This document shows, in pieces, positions 9,686 through 20,988 of a DNA stretch of 64,000 nucleotides. Source of the stretch: Candidatus Poribacteria bacterium (GTDB lineage Bacteria > Poribacteria > WGA-4E > PCPOR2b). Under the pieces are notes generated by a model. It did not search any database. It was not told the origin of the DNA and worked only from the letters and a program-made list of their open reading frames with translations. Every line of letters starts with the position of its first letter. Within the stretch, counting starts at the first letter, position 1. The DNA lies in NCBI GenBank assembly GCA_022826645.1, contig JAJDUM010000063.1, positions 11,657 through 75,656 of the forward strand, written 5' to 3'. The position numbers and the translations under genes are program-made.

Positions 9686-12298
9686 TTAATCGGCAGCCAT
9701 CTTATCTTCTGCAGCCGGTTCGGTCACAGTGAATGTCAGCGCATCACTGTTTGCATCAATCAGCAGATGATCCCCGTCACGCACCTCGTTCTGAATTACC
9801 TGCATTGCCAGCGGATCAATGATCTGCTGCTGAATGACCCGTTTAAGAGGGCGCGCACCGTAGGCAGAATCATACCCTTCCTGAATGAGGAGATCCGTCG
9901 CTCCATCGGTCATATCAATCGAGATGTCTCGTTTGGCGAGCAACTGACGGACGTTGCCGAGTTGAATTTTAGCAATTTGACGAATATGTTCGCTTTCCAG
10001 ACGATGGAAAAATACCACTTCGTCAACTCGGTTCAGAAACTCTGGACGGAAATGCTCGCGAAGCGCGACCTTCACTTGCTCACGCATTGCTTGGTCGTTT
10101 GTGATGTTCAGAATCGAGTCGCTGCCAATGTTGCTGGTCATGATGATGACCGTATTTCGGAAGTCAATAGTTCGCCCTTGACCGTCGGTAAGGCGACCAT
10201 CATCGAGTACCTGTAGGAAGACGTTGAACACTTCCGGATGCGCCTTTTCGATTTCGTCGAACAGCACGACGCTATACGGACGACGTCGGATGGCTTCGGT
10301 TAGCTGACCGCCCTCGTCATATCCCACATATCCCGGCGGTGCACCGATTAAGCGGGCTACAGTGTGTTGTTCCTGATACTCGCTCATATCAATCCGCACC
10401 ATGTTCTGTTCATCATCGAACAGGAATTCCGCCAATGCACGGGCAAGTTCGGTTTTTCCCACACCCGTCGGTCCCAAGAAGATAAACGAACCGATCGGAC
10501 GATTCGGATCTTGCAAACCTGAACGACTGCGCCTGACCGCTCGCGCCACCGCTTCGACGGGACCGTCCTGTCCAACGATTCGATTGTGCAGCCGTTTTTC
10601 CATCTGAACCAGCTTTTCAATCTCACCTTCCAACAGTTTGCTCGCTGGAATCCCAGTCCACTTACTGATAATGGCAGCGATATCTTCGGAGTCCACCTCT
10701 TCCTTTAACAATGCACCGTCACCCTGAAGTTGAGCAAGTGCCGCTTCAGCATCAGTAAGCTCGTTCTCCAATTGACGGAGATGGCCGTAGCGGAGTTCGG
10801 CAGCTCGCTGTAAATCGGTCTGACGTTCCGCTTCCTCAATTTGCTGGTTAACTTGGTCAATCTGCTCACGGATACCGCGTACCTTCTCAATGGCAGTGGT
10901 CTCTGCTTGCCACCGCACAGACAGTTGTGTGCTTTTCTCTTCGAGGTTGGCGAGCTGTTCTTCAATCTTTGCCAACCGCTCTTTGCTCCCCGCGTCCTTT
11001 TCTTTTCTCAAGGCCTCCCGCTCGATCTGTAACTGCATAACCTCTCGATCGACCGTATCCAATTCCGCTGGCTTACTGTCAATTTCGGTGCGGAGTCGAC
11101 TCGCAGCCTCATCTACAAGGTCGATTGCCTTATCCGGTAGAAAACGATCACTGATATAGCGATGGCTCAGCGTTGCAGCAGAGATCGCTGCGCTATCGGT
11201 GATGCGGACACCGTGATGCACTTCATACCGCTCTTTGAGACCACGTAGGATGCTGATAGTATCCTCAACGGAAGGTTCATCGACGTAGACCGGCTGAAAG
11301 CGGCGTTCGAGTGCTGCATCTTTTTCGATATGCTTCCGGTATTCGTCGAGCGTTGTTGCACCGATGGCGTGGAGTTCGCCGCGCGCCAGCATCGGCTTGA
11401 GCATGTTGGACGCATCCATCGCGCCTTCGGCTGCCCCGGCACCAACGAGGGTGTGCATCTCATCGATGAAGAGAAGGATCTGTCCTTCGGCACTCTGAAT
11501 CTCTTGCAACACTGCCTTGAGTCGTTCCTCAAACTCACCTCGATATTTTGCGCCGGCGACTAACGCGCCAAGGTCAAGTGCGACGAGTCTTTTCTCCTTC
11601 AAACCGAGCGGCACATCGCCCCGCACAATTCGCTGCGCGAGCCCTTCAACTACAGCGGTTTTGCCCACTCCCGGTTCACCGATAAGTACCGGATTGTTTT
11701 TTGTGCGCCGATTCAGAATCTGAATTGTACGCCGAATCTCTTCGTCCCGACCAATTACCGGATCAAGCTTCCCCTTACGGGCTTCCTGCGTCAAGTCACG
11801 TCCATACTTAATTAACGCTTCATACTGGTCTTCGGGGGTTGGGCTGCTAACCCGCTGGGAGCCGCGAATGCCCATCAAGGCGTCCATGATACTCTTTTCG
11901 TCTACCCCGAAGGCCGCCAGCAACTCGTTGACCGTGGCTACTTTCGCCTGCACCATCGCCAACAGAATATGCTCGGTGGAGGTGTAGTCATCCTTCATCT
12001 TATCGACGATTGTCTCTGCACCGTCGAGAACACTAACGAGATCTTGGTCCATTCCAACTTGGACCGATGCACCTGTAGCGCGTGGCATACGATCCAAAGT
12101 CTCATCAATCCGTTGTCCCAACAGATCGGTATCCACACCAATCCGTTTGAGAACCGATGGCACGACCCCGCCTTCTTGCTCAACCAGTGCTTTGAGCAGA
12201 TGCTCCGTTTTGACTGCCGGATGGTTGTAGTTTTGTGCTAAATTCTGCGCTTCTATAAGCGCCTCTTGGCCCTTTTGTGTAAATTTGTCAATGCGCAT
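9686..12298 (-). CDS. clpB: ATP-dependent chaperone ClpB
   Basis: Two AAA+ modules with Walker A GEPGVGKT and GPTGVGKT, middle coiled-coil domain, Clp N-domain; start chosen at [10 protein letters not shown] (ATG 12298) with AGGAGG SD 7 nt upstream. Confidence 0.95.
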   Translation of the reverse strand: MRIDKFTQKGQEALIEAQNLAQNYNHPAVKTEHLLKALVEQEGGVVPSVLKRIGVDTDLLGQRIDETLDRMPRATGASVQVGMDQDLVSVLDGAETIVDKMKDDYTSTEHILLAMVQAKVATVNELLAAFGVDEKSIMDALMGIRGSQRVSSPTPEDQYEALIKYGRDLTQEARKGKLDPVIGRDEEIRRTIQILNRRTKNNPVLIGEPGVGKTAVVEGLAQRIVRGDVPLGLKEKRLVALDLGALVAGAKYRGEFEERLKAVLQEIQSAEGQILLFIDEMHTLVGAGAAEGAMDASNMLKPMLARGELHAIGATTLDEYRKHIEKDAALERRFQPVYVDEPSVEDTISILRGLKERYEVHHGVRITDSAAISAATLSHRYISDRFLPDKAIDLVDEAASRLRTEIDSKPAELDTVDREVMQLQIEREALRKEKDAGSKERLAKIEEQLANLEEKSTQLSVRWQAETTAIEKVRGIREQIDQVNQQIEEAERQTDLQRAAELRYGHLRQLENELTDAEAALAQLQGDGALLKEEVDSEDIAAIISKWTGIPASKLLEGEIEKLVQMEKRLHNRIVGQDGPVEAVARAVRRSRSGLQDPNRPIGSFIFLGPTGVGKTELARALAEFLFDDEQNMVRIDMSEYQEQHTVARLIGAPPGYVGYDEGGQLTEAIRRRPYSVVLFDEIEKAHPEVFNVFLQVLDDGRLTDGQGRTIDFRNTVIIMTSNIGSDSILNITNDQAMREQVKVALREHFRPEFLNRVDEVVFFHRLESEHIRQIAKIQLGNVRQLLAKRDISIDMTDGATDLLIQEGYDSAYGARPLKRVIQQQIIDPLAMQVIQNEVRDGDHLLIDANSDALTFTVTEPAAEDKMAAD

Positions 12299-12475
12299 AA
12301 CTGTTCCTCCTGATGTGTATTGCATGAAATATCAATCGGAATTGAATCAGCAAATGACATGCCAAGATAATTCTTTTTGTCTCTATTTGGCTGCAATGCG
12401 CGCCATGCGTAGTTAATCAGGTTTTCGACAGGTATTAGAGCATACTCGCTGCAGAGCTTTAGCGCATCTGCACTA

Positions 12476-12488
12476 TGTCAAATTGACA
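12476..12488. promoter_or_regulatory. 13-bp palindrome TGTCAAATTGACA upstream of clpB (candidate operator)
   Basis: ~180 bp upstream of clpB start codon on the transcribed side; contains TTGACA on both strands. Confidence 0.3.
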
Positions 12489-12555
12489 CATTAATCGTTT
12501 CTCTTATGTCAAGACAACACGCTTTGACTCTGGGATTTTACCAAAGATTTCCGCA

Positions 12556-13851
<1,296 letters not shown>

Positions 13852-14066
13852 TCAAATCCAGTTGGAAGAACAGACTTCCACTTGTCATGATGAAAATAGT
13901 CGTTCATATAAAATTAACCTAAGTTGCTTAGTTATAGAAAACGTTGCAAACTGAACGAATGAAAGCTATATTGAATCAATTACCGCCCCGATAAATCGGG
14001 ATTCAAAGCAACTCGCAGTGGATTGACAAATCCACTGCATACGTACAAAGATGGCTCCGTTCCGCC

Positions 14067-14083
14067 TGTCCCGCCTGTCCCGA
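14067..14083. repeat. small palindromic repeat GTCCCGATCCATCGGG(G)
   Basis: Identical 16-mer at 16329-16344; related CCCGATAAATCGGG at 13987-14000; adjacent 9-bp tandem GCCTGTCCC x2 (14054-14071). Confidence 0.7.
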
Positions 14084-14230
14084 TCCATCGGGGATCTTAT
14101 CGGGGAGAGTCCGAGACTTGGAAATGTCTATCCAAGCCGAGCGGGTGTGACAAATAGCAACTTGCGTTAAAATTAACTGCTTGAGAAGTTTCGGAGTTGA
14201 ACGCTCAAAGCCTTGTAGTTTAGCGATTCA

Positions 14231-15148
14231 TCATGAGGCCATCGAGCGTTTTTCAAGCTGCCAATTCAGAACCTCAAACAGCGTTGCAGATAGGATTATG
14301 TGATAGAGTACCATCCACATCCAGACAGGTGTAATGCTGAGACCGACGTAGGCATCAGATTTTACAATAGCAATCAGCGCACACAAGGGACTCAACACTC
14401 GCAGCAATTCTATCAAGATCTTTGGAAAAGTTATCATCGGTGTCAATGCAGGAATGATAAGTGGAGTGAAAGTCAGCAATAGCACCACGGCGTAACTGCG
14501 TCCTCGTGCGTGATCCGGGCATCCTAACAGAGCAAAACATGCCCCAATTAAGAAAAAGGCAATAAATCCGATAATGGATACCAGTCCGCACAAAAACAAC
14601 TGACGCATCTCCAATCCGCCTGTGTAAACCGAAATTCCAAAGAGTGGAATCGTCAACCCGATACACCACAGTAGTGCCAAAACCGCTCCTATCAGTTTAC
14701 CAAGCAGGAACTTTCGATGCCCGATAGGTGTGAGATTAAGTATATCCCAGTTGGATCCGCGTCTCTCAATCTGAAACGATTCAACAGCTTGCAGCGGGAT
14801 AAACAAGCCGAGTAATAGACAAAAAAACAGTGATATTAGGACGACGTAAATGCTTTCGCCGACAAGAATTTGTGGTCGTCCACGGCTTAACGCAAATCCC
14901 TCAAATGCTGTGACAAACAGGGCGAAAGCGAGAGTACATAGAATGATAAATTGTGTGCGGCGATACTTTGGTTGGTACGCGTAAAAACGCGACTCTTTAA
15001 GGATTAGGGCAATCATGACTTCATCGCAGATTTCATGGAACCTCGAAGGTGTAGTATCCTTGTCGCAATTCAGATGGAGATAATTATAACCGATTCGCAT
15101 CCCGTGGGCAAGACTAAGCTGTTGGGTCTTCCAAAAATGCTTGAACAT
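14231..15148 (-). CDS. polytopic membrane protein, ABC-2-type permease-like
   Basis: 305 aa with ~60-aa cytoplasmic N-terminus followed by 6-7 hydrophobic helices; resembles ABC-2/NosY-like permeases; no ATPase nearby. Confidence 0.45.
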   Translation of the reverse strand: MFKHFWKTQQLSLAHGMRIGYNYLHLNCDKDTTPSRFHEICDEVMIALILKESRFYAYQPKYRRTQFIILCTLAFALFVTAFEGFALSRGRPQILVGESIYVVLISLFFCLLLGLFIPLQAVESFQIERRGSNWDILNLTPIGHRKFLLGKLIGAVLALLWCIGLTIPLFGISVYTGGLEMRQLFLCGLVSIIGFIAFFLIGACFALLGCPDHARGRSYAVVLLLTFTPLIIPALTPMITFPKILIELLRVLSPLCALIAIVKSDAYVGLSITPVWMWMVLYHIILSATLFEVLNWQLEKRSMAS

Positions 15149-15245
15149 TACAAGTAGATGTGTTAATCTATTGATATCTTGTTGCCTTGGTGCGACTTGT
15201 CCTCACAACGGTTCTGCCCAAACATATATTAGGAGATTAAGTCAG

Positions 15246-16220
15246 ATGAAAAAGCGTGTTTTTTGTGCATTGAAGATTCTATCAGCGATACTTGCTCTCA
15301 TTGCAATTTCACTCAACCCACTTCATGCGAATTACAACGGGGAATGCTGGGTCGTCAGTGGTGGCGATACGGTCTATAAACTTAATGCAGATGGCCTGGC
15401 AGATCCAACGATCATACCCGGTCTCACGCAGGCACAAGCTGCCGTGGTTGATCCGAAGAGCGGTATTGTTTGGATCGCTGTTTCTGCTGCAAATGCGGTC
15501 TATAGATTTAACCCTGCAGAGCAAGATCCAAACTTACAATTCATCACACTTCCGCCGATTGAGCGGCCCCATGCTGTTTCAGTCAATCCAACGGATGGGA
15601 CTGTTTGGGTTGGTGGAATTAATTCGGTACAAAAGTTCTCAGCCGACGGCAAGCAGGTACTTGCGACGGTTACTGGCGTGCACGAACCAACAGTTGCGGT
15701 CAATAGCACTGACGGTAGCTGCTGGGTCACAGATTCCCGCGGAACGATTGCTCGGTATAGTGCAGCCGGCGCAGCCGCTGCGACCTCTCCGGTAAAACTG
15801 AAAGAACCCAAATATGTCAGTGTCAATTCCACATCTGGCAATGCGTGGGTGACAGATCCACATGGCAATGTCATCGTCAAATTGAGTCCAGGCGGCCAAG
15901 AATTGCTCAGAGTTACCGAACTCAAACTACCCAGCTCGCCGAGTGTCAACCAGCGGGATGGCAATCTGTGGGTTGTTGCCGACGGTAATACCCTTGTTAA
16001 ATTGTCTGCAGCTGGTCAGAAATTGCTGGAAGTACCTGCCGGGATGGCGGTTCTTTCTATCTGTGCCAGTTCCCAAGATGGCGGAGTATGGGTCGCTGAT
16101 CAGTTTGGATCGACATTTCAGGGCGGCGTCAGTAAGTTCTCTGCGGATGGACAGCAGTTGTTTGAAAACCCGATACCGCAGCCCTCTTTCGTCTCTGTTG
16201 GAAACTGGGCGGGGCAATAA
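15246..16220 (+). CDS. secreted 7-bladed beta-propeller repeat protein (Vgb-lyase/NHL-like repeats)
   Basis: Start at MKKRVFCALKILSAILALIAISLNPLHA signal peptide (AGGAG SD upstream); seven ~40-aa repeats with xDGxxWVxDxxGxxxxKxSxxG pattern. Confidence 0.6.
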   Translation: MKKRVFCALKILSAILALIAISLNPLHANYNGECWVVSGGDTVYKLNADGLADPTIIPGLTQAQAAVVDPKSGIVWIAVSAANAVYRFNPAEQDPNLQFITLPPIERPHAVSVNPTDGTVWVGGINSVQKFSADGKQVLATVTGVHEPTVAVNSTDGSCWVTDSRGTIARYSAAGAAAATSPVKLKEPKYVSVNSTSGNAWVTDPHGNVIVKLSPGGQELLRVTELKLPSSPSVNQRDGNLWVVADGNTLVKLSAAGQKLLEVPAGMAVLSICASSQDGGVWVADQFGSTFQGGVSKFSADGQQLFENPIPQPSFVSVGNWAGQ

Positions 16221-16328
16221 TACGCACATAACCGTAGAGATAAATGGGTATACCGAATACCTGTCCATTTGCTGGCTGGCCATCTTTAATTCGCTATTAC
16301 TGATTTTCTCAACCTTTCTTCCCAACCC

Positions 16329-16344
16329 GTCCCGATCCATCGGG
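16329..16344. repeat. small palindromic repeat GTCCCGATCCATCGGG (second copy)
   Basis: 20 bp upstream of start of CARDB gene at 16364. Confidence 0.7.
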
Positions 16345-16363
16345 ATAAAAAAGGGGTATTCGT

Positions 16364-18841
16364 ATGTGCAGGTTTCGCATGCTTTTCGTTCTGATACTGC
16401 TCCTCGCTGTATCTCACGTGCAAGCTCAACAGCCACTGTTGCCGGACTTTGAGGTGGACAGCACCAGTTTTGTGTTTTCCAACCCCTCTCCGCTTGAGGG
16501 AGAGGAGATCACGGTTTACGTCACTGTCAATAATGTGGGACAGGCTGCGCCGACGATGAATGAAGATCTGATTGTCAATCTTTACGAAGGCGATCCGGGG
16601 ACAACCCCGCTGCAGATTATGTGCAGAGACGTGATTTTGGGGCTGGGGGTTGGCGAATCAAAAAGGGTCAAAACGCAATGGCGACCACCGCCCGGAACAA
16701 CGGAAGTGTATGCCGTTGCCAATCCGGCTGGAGACGATAAGGAGATTCAAGAAGCCAATCGCAGCAACAACATCGCGCACACCTCTTTTACTGCAACCCG
16801 GCGTGCGTTTCCCAAGGCAACCCCTGACCAGATCCAAAACGCAATTCAAAGAGGGGTGGAATGGGTGAGAGCGCAACAGGGTCGGCATAATCGCACCTGC
16901 TTACAATGTGGTTCCGAAAATCAGCTTATCTCGATCTGCGTCATCTGTGGTGCCACCCTTAAAGGGCTGCCCGAAGATCTGTTGCCCGGTCCAGCATGGG
17001 ATCTGGGGGAAGATAGTAAGCAAGAAACTGCGCTCGCACTGCTTGCTCTCCTGTCGGCGGGGGTGCCTGCGTCAGATCCTGCTGTGCAGCGAGGGCTGAA
17101 TTTTCTCATGCAGCAGGATTGGAACTCCTTCGATGTCTACGTTCATTCTATTGTTTTGCCAGCACTCGTTACTGCCAACCTGCCGGAATACCGCAAACGC
17201 GCCCAATTTTCAGTGAATCAACTTGTTAAAAGTCAGTTGCCATTTGGTGGGGAGGAATTCTCAGATCCAAGAGATTTTGGCGGCTGGGGCTACGGTGCGA
17301 CAGCCGATGGAGCGCACTTTAACTGGGTTATCTATGCCCTATACGCTGCAAAACAGTGGGGGCTTGATGTCCCGTCGGAGACTTGGCAGCGGGCAGAGGA
17401 GTGGATTCGCAGCAATCAGACAGATACCGGTGGATGGCTCTATAATCGAGTCGAACACGGTTCGCCTTGGGCGGAAGGTGTCTACGGCAGCATGACGGCG
17501 ACGGGACTGTGGACGCTCCGTGCATTTGGCGTTCCTGTTCAAGATCCGCAGGTGCAAAAGGGGTTGGAATGGATCAAAAAGCACTGGTCGCTCACCCGCA
17601 ATCCCGGAGCAAACTCTTGGCATCACTACTACTTTGTGACATTACAGCGTTTCTGTGACATCCCGCCGAAACAGGATACACTCGTCGGACATGATTGGTA
17701 TCAGGATATCGCCAGTATGTTCGTTGCAGAGCAGCAACCTGATGGACGTTGGATCGATCACGAGGACTATTTCCCCACAACCTGTTTCGCGCTGATGTTT
17801 CTGACCCGTTCCTTGCCGAAACCGATGCAGCCAGACCTTGGTGCGATAAACCGCAGTCTTCGTTACTCTCCACCATCACCGCGGGTTGGTGACCCTGTAC
17901 GAATCAGTGTCACACTGGCAAATACCGGTGCACCGATTGAATCTACCGTTGCAGTAGATTTTTACGACGGAAATCCAGCACAAGGTGGGAAAAAGATCGA
18001 TTCTCAAGAGGTGCTCTTTAACACAAACCTCGACGAAACGACCACCGGGGTTAATTGGACCCCAAGTGAGGAGGGCGATTATACGCTCTATGTTGTTGTT
18101 GATCCAAACGCGGCGATTGAGGATCTGGATCGCAGTAACAATACCACATCGCAGCAATTGACTATCCGCCCAGAGTCTGCCGCTGCAATTTCCCCAGATT
18201 CTGCTATCCAAAAAATCGGCGACGGTGTACTTCAAATTGGAACGGTCACTGTCGATGTTAACAACCATGAAGTCATAATGAACGGTGAGATTAATGTTAT
18301 CAGTCAGGAAACCATCTTGGAATTTTTTGCGGTCGGCAAGCTGGGAAAAACACATGAAAGCCTCATTATGCTTGATGCGGAACCGATGCACATCCAACTT
18401 GCGCTGCTTCGCCTGAACCTAAATCCGGGCATGAACCTTACTGTGGAAGGTGACCCCCATCTACCCAGAGGCGATCCAGTCGAGTTGTGGGTAGAATGGA
18501 AACGTGGGGAGCAGGTCGTTCGACATCGTGCCGAAGAGATGGTCTGGAATACGATGACTAAGCAGCCAATGCAGCAAACCCATTGGGTGTTCACCGGCGC
18601 GCGGGTTATACGTAATCAATTCACCGCACAACTGTTCCACAATATTATTGCTGTCTACCGCGATCCAGATTCTATCTTCAACCATCCGCTGCCCGGCGGC
18701 ACAGATGATCGAACCTACCGCGTTAATACAGATGTTGTTCCCGCCAAAGCAACGCCGGTAAGAATTATTGCCCGACAAATACAGACTGATGCACAGGGTA
18801 ATCGTCGCAACGAACCCACCAATCAGCAGATGGGCGGATAG
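16364..18841 (+). CDS. secreted multidomain protein: CARDB domains + prenyltransferase/squalene-oxidase-like alpha/alpha-toroid repeats + Cys4 zinc ribbon
   Basis: 825 aa; signal peptide MCRFRMLFVLILLLAVSHVQA; CARDB-like EITVYVTVNNVGQAAP and VRISVTLANTGAP; QQDWNSFD/GGWGYG/DTGGWLY prenyltransferase-like repeats; CLQCGSENQLISICVICG. Confidence 0.6.
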   Translation: MCRFRMLFVLILLLAVSHVQAQQPLLPDFEVDSTSFVFSNPSPLEGEEITVYVTVNNVGQAAPTMNEDLIVNLYEGDPGTTPLQIMCRDVILGLGVGESKRVKTQWRPPPGTTEVYAVANPAGDDKEIQEANRSNNIAHTSFTATRRAFPKATPDQIQNAIQRGVEWVRAQQGRHNRTCLQCGSENQLISICVICGATLKGLPEDLLPGPAWDLGEDSKQETALALLALLSAGVPASDPAVQRGLNFLMQQDWNSFDVYVHSIVLPALVTANLPEYRKRAQFSVNQLVKSQLPFGGEEFSDPRDFGGWGYGATADGAHFNWVIYALYAAKQWGLDVPSETWQRAEEWIRSNQTDTGGWLYNRVEHGSPWAEGVYGSMTATGLWTLRAFGVPVQDPQVQKGLEWIKKHWSLTRNPGANSWHHYYFVTLQRFCDIPPKQDTLVGHDWYQDIASMFVAEQQPDGRWIDHEDYFPTTCFALMFLTRSLPKPMQPDLGAINRSLRYSPPSPRVGDPVRISVTLANTGAPIESTVAVDFYDGNPAQGGKKIDSQEVLFNTNLDETTTGVNWTPSEEGDYTLYVVVDPNAAIEDLDRSNNTTSQQLTIRPESAAAISPDSAIQKIGDGVLQIGTVTVDVNNHEVIMNGEINVISQETILEFFAVGKLGKTHESLIMLDAEPMHIQLALLRLNLNPGMNLTVEGDPHLPRGDPVELWVEWKRGEQVVRHRAEEMVWNTMTKQPMQQTHWVFTGARVIRNQFTAQLFHNIIAVYRDPDSIFNHPLPGGTDDRTYRVNTDVVPAKATPVRIIARQIQTDAQGNRRNEPTNQQMGG

Positions 18842-18909
18842 GCGAATCTGCTGACGCAAGGCCCCCGATGCTTCAGCGAGGGTTCAAAGTAACTTGAGAA
18901 GGGCTAAGG

Positions 18910-19860
18910 GTGAACATTCACGATAGCGGATACAAGAAACTTTTTTCAAATCAGACTATATTTCGGCAACTGCTTGAAACCTTCGTCAATCAAGAATGGG
19001 TCAATCAACTCGATTTTTCAACTGGTGAAACGCTTGATAAATCATTCATTTCTCAACACTACCGGGAAACCGAGAGTGACTTGATTTACAAAGTCCAGTT
19101 GCTCAACCATGAGGTTTATATCTACATCCTCATTGAGTTTCAATCTACCGTTGATCCGTTCATGGCGTTACGGGTACTCAATTACATCACCAACTTCTAC
19201 ATGGACTATATTGCCAATCACAAACAGGTTAAGAAACTCCCCGCGGTTTTTCCTATCGTGCTATACAATGGAGAGGACCGCTGGACAGCACCAATTAACC
19301 TTTCCGATTTAATTGAACAAACACCGTCATTGGGTACGTTTACGTTAGCTTTTCGATATTTCTTAATTGCTGAAAACCAATATAGCCAACAAGCCCTACT
19401 AAAAATCCGAAACATCGTCTCCACGCTGTTCTTAGCAGAATCGCATTATGATGTAGATGTGTTGGAGACAGAATTGCTGAATCTGTTTTCATCGGAGACG
19501 GACAAGGGAGCGGTTAGCCTGTTCTTAAACTGGTTCAAGCAGTTGGCACTCCACGGACGGATTGCCACTGAGGATTATGAGTCATTGGAAACCATTTATC
19601 GAAACGAAGAGGAGGTAAGGACCATGTTAATTACCGCATTAGAAAAAGAGAAGCAACAAATCTATCACAATGGGCACCTTGAAGGCAAGAGAGAAGGGCA
19701 CCTTGAAGGCAAGAGAGAAGGGCACTTTGAAGGCAAGATTGAGGCCGCACAAGCGATGTTTGCAAAGGGAATGGAGATTGAACTCATTGCTGAAATTACA
19801 AATCTCCCAGAAGCACAACTAAAAACCCTTCTTTCTATCAAAGGCAAGTTGTATCAATGA
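18910..19860 (+). CDS. Rpn/YhgA-like PD-(D/E)XK recombination-promoting nuclease (putative transposase family)
   Basis: 316 aa; N-terminal HDxxYKxLF, SDLIYKV...YIYILIEFQS core typical of Rpn/YhgA family; C-terminal tandem GHLEGKRE repeats. GTG start. Confidence 0.8.
   Translation: MNIHDSGYKKLFSNQTIFRQLLETFVNQEWVNQLDFSTGETLDKSFISQHYRETESDLIYKVQLLNHEVYIYILIEFQSTVDPFMALRVLNYITNFYMDYIANHKQVKKLPAVFPIVLYNGEDRWTAPINLSDLIEQTPSLGTFTLAFRYFLIAENQYSQQALLKIRNIVSTLFLAESHYDVDVLETELLNLFSSETDKGAVSLFLNWFKQLALHGRIATEDYESLETIYRNEEEVRTMLITALEKEKQQIYHNGHLEGKREGHLEGKREGHFEGKIEAAQAMFAKGMEIELIAEITNLPEAQLKTLLSIKGKLYQ
19672..19743 (+). repeat. in-frame 24-bp tandem repeat (3 copies) inside Rpn-like gene
   Basis: gggcaccttgaaggcaagagagaa x2 plus a diverged third copy; encodes GHLEGKRE-GHLEGKRE-GHFEGKIE. 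Confidence 0.9.
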
Positions 19861-19891
19861 CAAGGCTTTCAAAAAAATAAGGACAAAGTGT

Positions 19892-20950
19892 ATGGCACAA
19901 ATCAATCCTAAAGAACATAAAATGGTCATTCTTGCCGAAGGTTCATTCGGCATATTGGAATCAAAGGCAGCGACGGTGTTGGTGCGCTATCATACCGAGA
20001 ACGTCGTCGCCGTTATTGACAGCGAACAAGCCGGTAAAGATGTCAGCGAAGTCATTGAAATCGGCGAGGGAATTCCGGTCCTTGGCAGCCTCGCGGAAGC
20101 GATGGAATTGAACCCAACGATGCTCGCGATCGGAATTGCCCCACCGGGTGGTGAATTACCTGAAACGTGGACAGCAATTTTGAAAGAAGCTATCGGACAC
20201 GGTCTGCACGTCATGAGTGGGCTCCACCGATTCCTGAGTGATGATCCACAACTCGCGGATCTCGCCGAACGCAACAACGTTACGTTGTGGGATGTTCGGA
20301 AACCGCCCGCAGACCTTCCTATTGCCACGTGCAAAGCTGACGAGGTCGATCAAACGGTGATCCTAACTGTCGGATCGGATTGTCGGATCGGCAAGATGGT
20401 GACAGCGATTGAACTCGCAGACACAGCGCAGAATCGCGGATTGGACGCGGAATTTTGCGCGACCGGTCAGAACGGCATCATGATCTCTGGATGGGGCATT
20501 GCCATTGATGCGGTGGTCTCGGACTTTACCGCAGGCGCGTCAGAGGAAATTGTGCTTGAAGGTGCGACGAAGGCGCGCGACCTCCTGATTGTCGAAGGGC
20601 AGGGCTCGCTCGTTCACCCCGGCTATTCAGGTGTTACCTTGAGTCTCCTGCACGGTTCCATGCCCGATGCTATAATCTTCTGCCATCAACCTTCACGTAA
20701 AATTGTTGCTCGGTACACCGTACCACTCCCACCGGTGCCAGAACTAATCCGTCAATATGAGATGCTCGCCCATCCCATTAAACCCGCCAAAGTTATTGGG
20801 ATTGGTCTCAACTGCTTTGATCTCACCGAAGAAGAAGCCCTTCAAGCCGTTGAAGATACAGAGCGAGAGACGGGTCTACCCGCCACGGACGTCATCCGCT
20901 TCGGAGCAGATAAGCTGGTCGATGCGATTCAGAATTTTCGTTCAACTTAG
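19892..20950 (+). CDS. DUF1611 domain protein
   Basis: 352 aa; N-terminal KMVILAEGSFG...KAATVLVRY motif characteristic of DUF1611 family; AAGGA SD 8 nt upstream. Confidence 0.65.
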   Translation: MAQINPKEHKMVILAEGSFGILESKAATVLVRYHTENVVAVIDSEQAGKDVSEVIEIGEGIPVLGSLAEAMELNPTMLAIGIAPPGGELPETWTAILKEAIGHGLHVMSGLHRFLSDDPQLADLAERNNVTLWDVRKPPADLPIATCKADEVDQTVILTVGSDCRIGKMVTAIELADTAQNRGLDAEFCATGQNGIMISGWGIAIDAVVSDFTAGASEEIVLEGATKARDLLIVEGQGSLVHPGYSGVTLSLLHGSMPDAIIFCHQPSRKIVARYTVPLPPVPELIRQYEMLAHPIKPAKVIGIGLNCFDLTEEEALQAVEDTERETGLPATDVIRFGADKLVDAIQNFRST

Positions 20951-20988
20951 TGCAGCTGCCTACTTTTCCCCTAATTGATGATTTCCCG

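Noticed and set aside
12299-12555. CIRCE/HrcA operator or sigma32 promoter upstream of clpB
   Set aside because: TTAGAGCATACTCGCTGCAGAGCTTTAGCGC does not match TTAGCACTC-N9-GAGTGCTAA, and no CTTGAAA-N13-15-CCCCATNT was found. Only the TGTCAAATTGACA palindrome is reported.
19672-19743. Tandem direct repeats considered as a possible CRISPR array
   Set aside because: Only 3 contiguous 24-bp units with no spacers. They are in frame inside the Rpn-like coding sequence (GHLEGKRE repeats). No cas genes and no repeat-spacer architecture anywhere in the window.
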